Shown: positions 9,143 through 14,790 of the stretch, one piece after another
How the letters are laid out: every line of letters starts with the position of its first letter
Numbering within the stretch: position 1 is the first letter of the stretch
Assembly (NCBI GenBank): GCA_016839265.1
Contig: JAEOUO010000002.1
Span: forward strand, 60,001-92,000
Length of the DNA stretch: 32,000 bases
Origin: Candidatus Odinarchaeota archaeon
GTDB lineage: Archaea; Asgardarchaeota; Odinarchaeia; Odinarchaeales; Odinarchaeaceae
Reading direction: 5' to 3'
Translations under genes and position numbers: made by a program
Notes under the pieces: generated by a model
What the model saw: only the letters and a program-made list of their open reading frames with translations
What the model was told of the DNA's origin: nothing
The model's database searches: none

Positions 9143-10738
9143 ATGCTGAAAGCGGATTCCCTGTCGATTATCGAAACAACAATTAACGGCTACCTTGATA
9201 AAGAGAATATTTGGGCTGAATTTTTAGATTCCCCAGTTATTTTTAATATGGAGCAGGCTCAATTAGCGCGTAGAATATTTAAAAAATATGTTTCAAAAAT
9301 AATTCCTGAGAGTATAATAGAAGATCTTGAATATCTTTTACTCTACAAATTATCTGATGCTACTTTCAGACAAAAATTATTGAAAGAATGGTGTGAGAAG
9401 AAAAATTCAGATGTAGAAGACGCTACTAAAATAACATACGAGTTTGAAGACGGATCCTGTTATAGAGCTGTTTACGATCTTATTCTTTACGATAAAATGA
9501 CTAGTGGCTTGTTTCTCCCCACTATTTTAGAAAACTTGAAAAAATTGGAAAAATATAATTATACTCTTAATCTAAAAGATGCATGTCACTATATTCGACT
9601 CCACTCACTTTTAACTTATATTGTTGAATTAGATACGACTGATATTAAAATCATAGAGTTACTGAGCAAGGACCCTCTTATCTCAAATAATGATGCTGCT
9701 ATTAGACTCGGATTATCTAGAAACACTTTCTCAAACCGTGTAATAAGACTTCAGAAACGTGGTTGTATCTTCTTTAACGGTAGGATAAATCTTGAAAAAC
9801 TTGGTTTAAAAATTTTAACGATTATGACTGATCAAATCCTACCTAAACTTCCTTACATGAGAATTGTACAGGAATTGAGAGGCGGTTCAACATTCTACCT
9901 TTATTCGTTTAATATTCCTGAAGAATTTTTAGTCGCATTCATTGAATTGGTTAAACCTTATATTCGAAACGCTGAATACTGGATTGATGAAGGACCTGGG
10001 CGTCACTCTCTCTCATTACGAAATTCTTACGACACTGTTAATAAAAAATGGGCTTTTAACTGGGAGAATTGGGCACTATGGGTAAGAAAGGTTTTAGACG
10101 AATCATGGCATACGCTTTATGTTTCAGGTGACGTTGAAGAAGCCGGTTTAGAGGAGACTTATGAAGTAGGGAAATTAGATTATGATCTACTAGATTTAGA
10201 GTTATTAAATCAATTAAGCTATGATTTCAAACAACCTATACGTGATATTTCACTTAAACTAAAGGTGTCACCGACTACTGTTTATGATAGAAAGACACGT
10301 TTAATTTCAAAAGGTGTTGTTAAACCAATTTTATTTGTGGAAAATATAGGATTAGACGAACATGTATTTATTAAAATTAAAGGATCTGATAAAATCATAA
10401 ACTCTGTTGAATCTGGTTTATTAGATCTACCGAGCGTCTACATTTTTCGAGTTAGAAATTTAAGAGGTGAAACAGCGCTTAACGCTTATCTTTTTCTACC
10501 TAAAGGTAGTCTTGTAATGGTTGATTACACGCTTAAAAACTATTTAGAAGATATAGGTGAAGAAGTTGATTTCAAACTTTTCTATAGGCTTAAACAAAAC
10601 TACCTCTCTCAAGGGCTCCCATTCACTTTCGAAAATACTTATTTATATAAAGAGAACTTTAAAAAATGGGTTTTTCCGCAAAAAACTATTATTAAAATAT
10701 TAAAAGAAAGTGGTGAACTCCATTTCAGCGGAGTCTAA
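9143..10738 (+). CDS. Large transcriptional regulator with two Lrp/AsnC-type winged HTH domains and an unknown N-terminal domain
   Basis: HTH1 DTTDIKIIELLSKDPLISNNDAAIRLGLSRNTFSNRVIRLQKRG and HTH2 LDLLDLELLNQLSYDFKQPIRDISLKLKVSPTTVYDRKTRLISKGVV, each followed by a beta-rich region. ATG 9143 follows CAGGTGA. Confidence 0.85.
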   Translation: MLKADSLSIIETTINGYLDKENIWAEFLDSPVIFNMEQAQLARRIFKKYVSKIIPESIIEDLEYLLLYKLSDATFRQKLLKEWCEKKNSDVEDATKITYEFEDGSCYRAVYDLILYDKMTSGLFLPTILENLKKLEKYNYTLNLKDACHYIRLHSLLTYIVELDTTDIKIIELLSKDPLISNNDAAIRLGLSRNTFSNRVIRLQKRGCIFFNGRINLEKLGLKILTIMTDQILPKLPYMRIVQELRGGSTFYLYSFNIPEEFLVAFIELVKPYIRNAEYWIDEGPGRHSLSLRNSYDTVNKKWAFNWENWALWVRKVLDESWHTLYVSGDVEEAGLEETYEVGKLDYDLLDLELLNQLSYDFKQPIRDISLKLKVSPTTVYDRKTRLISKGVVKPILFVENIGLDEHVFIKIKGSDKIINSVESGLLDLPSVYIFRVRNLRGETALNAYLFLPKGSLVMVDYTLKNYLEDIGEEVDFKLFYRLKQNYLSQGLPFTFENTYLYKENFKKWVFPQKTIIKILKESGELHFSGV

Positions 10739-10946
10739 TCATACATTTATTTTGAGTAACATACACGTGTACTGGTCTACTGTATTTCTCCTCTAGGTAA
10801 CGGGCTACTTTTTTAAGCTGATCTGATAACTTGAATCTTCTAAAATCTGGTATATACGCTTCAACCCAGTCGCTTGTATACTCTTTTATGACTATCCCGC
10901 TTGAAATAAGCTCTTTTAATTCGTTGAGATCACTGTACAAACTCAT
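10725..10946 (-). CDS. Hypothetical protein (73 aa)
   Basis: ATG preceded by a strong AAGGAGGG RBS; convergent 14-nt overlap with the regulator gene. Confidence 0.72.
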   Translation of the reverse strand: MSLYSDLNELKELISSGIVIKEYTSDWVEAYIPDFRRFKLSDQLKKVARYLEEKYSRPVHVYVTQNKCMIRLR

Positions 10947-10961
10947 ATATTACCCTCCTTT

Positions 10962-10988
10962 TTATCTCGGCCATCCGATAGGCACCAT
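10962..10988 (-). CDS. Putative 8-aa micropeptide/leader ORF MVPIGWPR
   Basis: ATG GTG CCT ATC GGA TGG CCG AGA TAA, preceded by GAGGGAGGG RBS 9 nt upstream and a TTTAAATA box at 11043-11036; followed by the RBS of the 73-aa gene. Confidence 0.4.
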   Translation of the reverse strand: MVPIGWPR

Positions 10989-11035
10989 TTAACTTTTCCC
11001 TCCCTCTTTTTTTTTAATATTAAAATATAGACTTT

Positions 11036-11043
11036 TATTTAAA
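11036..11043 (-). promoter_or_regulatory. Archaeal TATA box (TTTAAATA) for the micropeptide/73-aa transcript
   Basis: Consensus TTTAWATA located about 30 nt upstream of the GAGGGAGGG RBS. Confidence 0.45.
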
Positions 11044-11073
11044 AATTTAACTATCTACTATAACAAATAATTA

Positions 11074-11123
11074 ATTAGTTAACTAATAGACGAAATGTTA
11101 ATTTAACAACTAAAAGTTAACTT
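11074..11123. repeat. Array of AGTTAACT-type palindromes with 19-bp periodicity
   Basis: Perfect 14-bp palindrome ATTAGTTAACTAAT (11074-11087), degenerate TGTTAATT (11096-11103), 10-bp palindrome AAGTTAACTT (11114-11123). Core starts at 11077, 11096 and 11115. Confidence 0.55.
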
Positions 11124-11150
11124 AGAAGAAAAAAAAGAAAAAAAGAAAAA
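11124..11150 (-). terminator. Strong oligo(T) terminator of the AbrB-like gene
   Basis: The minus strand reads TTTTTCTTTTTTTCTTTTTTTTCTTCT immediately after the TAA at 11153-11151. Confidence 0.7.
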
Positions 11151-11657
11151 TTAGAGAATTTTGTCTAAAGCTTTCACAGCATAGTCTAGTTCGTCGCTTA
11201 ACCGTGTTAAATGGTATACTTTACTTGTTAAATGCGTACTATTCAAGAAGAGTTCTAAGTGTTTTTTAATGGTTGCGGCTATATTCCCGAATAATTCACG
11301 GGCAGCATCAGAGTCGTTTGTTTCTTCAGGGGAAGCTATAGATCTCTGCTCTAAAGCTTCGATAGCTATAAGTATTCTTTTTATATGTGTTTCTTTAACA
11401 CTTTCCAGACTGATGAGCTTCCCATTGCTATCTTTCAGAACCCCTGAAATCTGGTTTCTAACAAAGTTTATGAACGCTGGGAGCTTATGACCTATGAATA
11501 TAACTTCTAGTTTATTTTTATTTTCGACTAGAACCACCGGGCCCTTAGGGAAATTCAGAGAGTTTGGTATTAGAAGTCCCTTACTCCCACCCCAGTCTCT
11601 GATTCTGCTTTTAAAACACTGGTTCAATACTCTACTCTTATTCGAACTGTAAACCAT
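11151..11657 (-). CDS. Hypothetical protein with AbrB/MazE(SpoVT)-like N-terminal motif and helical C-terminus
   Basis: SRIRDWGGSKGLLIP resembles the swapped-hairpin start (K/R-I-x-x-W-G-N/G-S-x-G-x-x-I-P); AGGGAGGGAG RBS upstream. Confidence 0.6.
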   Translation of the reverse strand: MVYSSNKSRVLNQCFKSRIRDWGGSKGLLIPNSLNFPKGPVVLVENKNKLEVIFIGHKLPAFINFVRNQISGVLKDSNGKLISLESVKETHIKRILIAIEALEQRSIASPEETNDSDAARELFGNIAATIKKHLELFLNSTHLTSKVYHLTRLSDELDYAVKALDKIL

Positions 11658-11783
11658 TCACTCCCTCCCTTAGCTTGCACCCTCTCAACCCCCCATTTTA
11701 ATTAAATATATTAAAGTGGTTTCTTAATAAATTTACGCTTAAACCTTTAAAAATAAGTTTATGAGTATTAGAAAATCTTTAAA

Positions 11784-12683
11784 TTAATTTTCAACGCGAA
11801 TTAAATCTTTTCCAGCATTTTTAACAAATTCTAGTAGTTTATTATAATCTCTGAAGCGTATTTTTCCTTCTACGCTTAAATATAAGTCTCTTGTTTGTAT
11901 TTCACTCCAACTTCCAAGTTTACTTAAATCAATCTCCTGTCGTCTATTAAGCTCCGTTAATCCTTTTCCAACATTACTTCCATGGAAAACTATTTTTTCA
12001 ATACCCGCGGTGCCGCTTATTTCTCTTGAACATGTTAGGCTCGCTGTTAATACTTCTTCATGGCTTGAAACAAACTCTTTTATCACGTAAGCGGGGAAGA
12101 GAATTTTATATAATCTTATATTATAATTCTTAATTTCATCTAAAATTTCACTGTTTTCTTTAAAACTGTTCTTTATAACAGCTACCGCTTGTTTACCATC
12201 TAAAAACCCGATCATATTTTTGCAAGCTTCTTGAATAGTTGATTTAACGTTTAACTTTTCAATGTTAAATAAATAATATACGCCAGATTTCAGCGGTTTC
12301 TCGATCCATAGGTAAATTTTACCCTGATTTCTTAAATAATCTTGATTAAGCTTCAAACTGTAGTTTCCAGCTGCCTGTTCAATTTTGTAGAGTATCCACT
12401 CCTCCTCCCAGAAAATATTCTCAAAATTTAAAACTTTTTGTAAACCTAAATATAAGCTGATTAATCTAGGAAGCTTCTTATGGTCTAAGCCTGCTGCAAG
12501 TATTTCTTTTAGTTTAGAGCCTGTTAACCCTAGATACTTATAAAATTCTGTAAGTTCACTTTGACTGTACTGTTTCAATAATTTTATAAGCGGTGTTCTA
12601 TCCGTCGAAGTTAAAACGTTCACTTTTTTCATAACTGTTCTTCCTAATTCTTGATAATTAAAAATATTTAATATTACCTCCAA
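11784..12683 (-). CDS. Uncharacterised protein, candidate CENP-N/Chl4-like (probable start ATG 12632)
   Basis: CDS is secure. Family call by eye: N-terminal helical segment (LLKQYSQSELTEFYK...PRLISLY...EEEWILYKI) and C-terminal KIVFHGSNVGKGLTELNRRQEIDLSKLGSW resemble CENP-N/Chl4 segments as I recall them. Unverified; the confidence refers to the family call. Confidence 0.45.
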   Translation of the reverse strand: MEVILNIFNYQELGRTVMKKVNVLTSTDRTPLIKLLKQYSQSELTEFYKYLGLTGSKLKEILAAGLDHKKLPRLISLYLGLQKVLNFENIFWEEEWILYKIEQAAGNYSLKLNQDYLRNQGKIYLWIEKPLKSGVYYLFNIEKLNVKSTIQEACKNMIGFLDGKQAVAVIKNSFKENSEILDEIKNYNIRLYKILFPAYVIKEFVSSHEEVLTASLTCSREISGTAGIEKIVFHGSNVGKGLTELNRRQEIDLSKLGSWSEIQTRDLYLSVEGKIRFRDYNKLLEFVKNAGKDLIRVEN

Positions 12684-12731
12684 CTATATAAGCTATTATA
12701 AAAATTTGAATAGTTAATTAGAGGTTTTAGA

Positions 12732-13286
12732 TTGAATCACACATATAGCTTTAAAATTCTTTTACTAGGGGACCCCGCGGTTGGTAAAACATCACTCATC
12801 CACAGATTTATTCAAAACAGTTTTAACAGCGATTATAAAGCAACTATAGGTGTTGATATCATGAGTAAAACACTTCAAATAAACGAGGTCACGGTGAAAC
12901 TTTCATTATGGGATATTGCCGGACAGGATAAATTCCGACTTTTCAGAAATGTTTTTTACAGAGGCGCTTCAGCCGCCATCATCGTGTTTGATTTAACAAG
13001 AATTTCTTCTTTTAACAATTTAAATAACTGGGTTAACGAGCTTCATATGTATGTTAATGTTAAAATACCTTTCATTATTATAGGTAATAAATTAGACTTA
13101 GACTATATGAGAAATGTTGAGAGAGAGGCCGCTTTAAAATATTCTGAGGGATTAAGATCACCTTATTTAGAGACAAGCGCGAAAACAGGTAAAGGTGTAA
13201 ACGAGTGTTTCACCGCTATTTCAAGACAGTTACTTAAAGAAGCTTTAACCTCTACCCGCCACTTTGAAAACACTATATATAGTTAA
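12732..13286 (+). CDS. Rab-like small GTPase (Ras superfamily)
   Basis: G1 GDPAVGKTS, G2 YKATIG, G3 WDIAGQDKF, G4 NKLD, G5 ETSAK. RabF-like IGVDI, KLSLW, FYRGA, IVFDLT. No C-terminal Cys prenylation motif. GAGGT RBS. Confidence 0.95.
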   Translation: MNHTYSFKILLLGDPAVGKTSLIHRFIQNSFNSDYKATIGVDIMSKTLQINEVTVKLSLWDIAGQDKFRLFRNVFYRGASAAIIVFDLTRISSFNNLNNWVNELHMYVNVKIPFIIIGNKLDLDYMRNVEREAALKYSEGLRSPYLETSAKTGKGVNECFTAISRQLLKEALTSTRHFENTIYS

Positions 13287-13339
13287 ATTAATATTTTTTA
13301 ACATGTTATATTTATTTAAAAAGAATCGAGGAATCTATT

Positions 13340-13783
13340 TTGAAACTTGTAGAGTTGACTAGTAAAGTTGTAGATTGTCTCAAAAAATCATCTAAACCAC
13401 TATCTGCAGTTGAAATCACCCGTAAAATAAATTTGCCTATTGAAAAGAAGAGACGGATTTACGATGTCTTAGACGTGTTAGAAGTTTTAAATATGATAAA
13501 AATCTCTAGACGCGGTAATGAAAAACTAGCTCAATGGTTTTCGGCGGAGAAAACTGTTTTAAAAGAGTCTTTAACTGTTGAGAAAAAATTGGAAGATAAA
13601 CCTCACTGCGTGGTTAATGTTGATCTTGTTTTTCCCTCATCTGATTACAAGAATCTGAGTAATCAAACCTGGCAGGAAATGATGGTTAGGGATGTTAAAA
13701 GAAATATTAAAGGTTTATTAGATATAATTGTAAATGATATTAAATTAATGGAGGCTAAGAGAGTTTTAGCCACCAGTCAATGA
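13340..13783 (+). CDS. E2F/DP-like winged-helix DNA-binding protein
   Basis: KKRRIYDVLDVLEVLNMIK (RRIYD at 13451-13465) followed by QW, matching the E2F/DP signature RRxYDxxNVL...W. The N-terminal LVELTSKVVDCL fits helix 1. GAGGA RBS. Confidence 0.75.
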   Translation: MKLVELTSKVVDCLKKSSKPLSAVEITRKINLPIEKKRRIYDVLDVLEVLNMIKISRRGNEKLAQWFSAEKTVLKESLTVEKKLEDKPHCVVNVDLVFPSSDYKNLSNQTWQEMMVRDVKRNIKGLLDIIVNDIKLMEAKRVLATSQ

Positions 13784-13788
13784 AAAAA

Positions 13789-14163
13789 CTAGCTTTTATC
13801 ATCTGCTAATATTTTGGATATATCAGTTTCCTCTTTTCCCCTTCTCTTAATTTTAATTTCAGGTCCGCGTCCTTCTATTCTTCTTTCTAAAAGCATTATA
13901 TCTGTCTTAGATATTTTAGATTGAAGCCCATACTGGTTGACGATCATTATAAGTATATCCTCTATCTGCGCTGCTACCGCTGGTTTTAACTTATATATTT
14001 CGTTAAGATAGTTTAACGCGTCTTCTTCGCAGATCAATCTGAAGAATTTATCTTTCTCATGTTTCAGCTTCTCCCGGTATTCTTTTAATTTAACCTGTTC
14101 ATTGATTTTTTGAATCATTTCTTTCATTTTCTTAAGTCTTATACGCTCCAATTCATCCATCAC
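13789..14163 (-). CDS. PDCD5-like (double-stranded DNA-binding protein family), divergent member
   Basis: DELERIRLKKMKEM N-terminus, ALNYL...KPAVAAQIEDILI, KIS, C-terminal EIKIKRR; the overall PDCD5 pattern is present. Confidence 0.72.
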   Translation of the reverse strand: MMDELERIRLKKMKEMIQKINEQVKLKEYREKLKHEKDKFFRLICEEDALNYLNEIYKLKPAVAAQIEDILIMIVNQYGLQSKISKTDIMLLERRIEGRGPEIKIKRRGKEETDISKILADDKS

Positions 14164-14165
14164 TG

Positions 14166-14201
14166 TTCACCCGTATTTAAACCATAAATAGCCGCGGTGA
14201 A
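14166..14201 (-). promoter_or_regulatory. Inverted repeat/hairpin pairing the GGTGA RBS of the PDCD5-like gene
   Basis: Minus strand TTCACC-GCGGC-TATTTA-TGGTT-TAAATA-CG-GGTGAA-CAGTG-ATG: two 6-bp stems, the outer one including the RBS. Confidence 0.35.
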
Positions 14202-14440
14202 TATAAATATTCGCTTTACTTGAATTAGTAAAATAACTATCACCCTATTTAAAAAATATTGTACTCTAATATTTTTCTACAGGAAGAGTATTTTTAAGAA
14301 GCCGAGTGTTAAATAAATTTTCTCACGGTATTCTTACAATTTAGAGTACCGATTATTCACAGATTTACCTTTATTATGAATAAGGTTACGGGTTTAGCGT
14401 TATAAGCCGGTTCCCTCTTTATGACTTAATTTATAAAATT

Positions 14441-14668
14441 TTATGTCGACGGTAAACTCTGAATTTTATATACTAAACCGTTAGCTCTTTTTAACTCCGC
14501 GGCTAATCTAGCTGCTATAAATTTTTCTCTTACAGGCGCAGTATCTGGTATAGAAGTGTATACTACTCTTTTTTCTTGATCAAGAATGATTATACACGAG
14601 TTTTTATCAGCTTCAGCTACCGGCTTTAACTCCCCCTCTGTTGTCACGCAGTAAATTTGCTGAGTCAT
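14441..14668 (-). CDS. Single-domain gelsolin-like protein (Asgard ProGel-type)
   Basis: CIIILDQEKRVVYTSIPDTAPVREKFIAARLAAELKR follows the gelsolin-domain pattern (hydrophobic-D, beta strand, x-S/A-x-x-x-K-F-x-A-A-R-x-A helix). ATG 14668 follows GTGGT; the ORF track starts at 14677. Confidence 0.62.
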   Translation of the reverse strand: MTQQIYCVTTEGELKPVAEADKNSCIIILDQEKRVVYTSIPDTAPVREKFIAARLAAELKRANGLVYKIQSLPST

Positions 14669-14790
14669 GTTAACCACATTTTCGTAGTTTAACTACATAT
14701 AACCATAAATAATATTTATACTTTTCTACATTTCTATAATATAAAAATATATAAATACAGTGTCTTAAAAAATAAAAGCTGGTAATCATT

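Noticed and set aside
7958-11657. Provirus or integrated element
   Set aside because: No integrase, terminal repeats, tRNA attachment site, or capsid/replication motifs were seen; only the small-gene organisation is suggestive.
11620-11700. Tiny ORFs upstream of the AbrB-like gene (MGG* and a GTG-initiated 18-codon overlapping frame)
   Set aside because: They are explained by the G-rich RBS region; the 18-codon frame overlaps the main gene and neither has independent support.
2638-14197. CCGCGG palindromes in intergenic gaps (2638-2643, 14192-14197) as binding sites for the E2F-like protein
   Set aside because: The same hexamer occurs inside coding regions (5033-5038, 12005-12010, 12775-12780), where codon usage explains it, and no canonical TTTSSCGC site was seen in the promoters flanking the cluster.
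14160-14243. 27-codon GTG-initiated ORF (MIVILLIQVKRIFIFTAAIYGLNTGEQ*) ending in a TGATG overlap with the PDCD5-like start
   Set aside because: It has no properly spaced RBS and the GTG sits only a few nt after a TATA box, so it is unlikely to be transcribed from its start.
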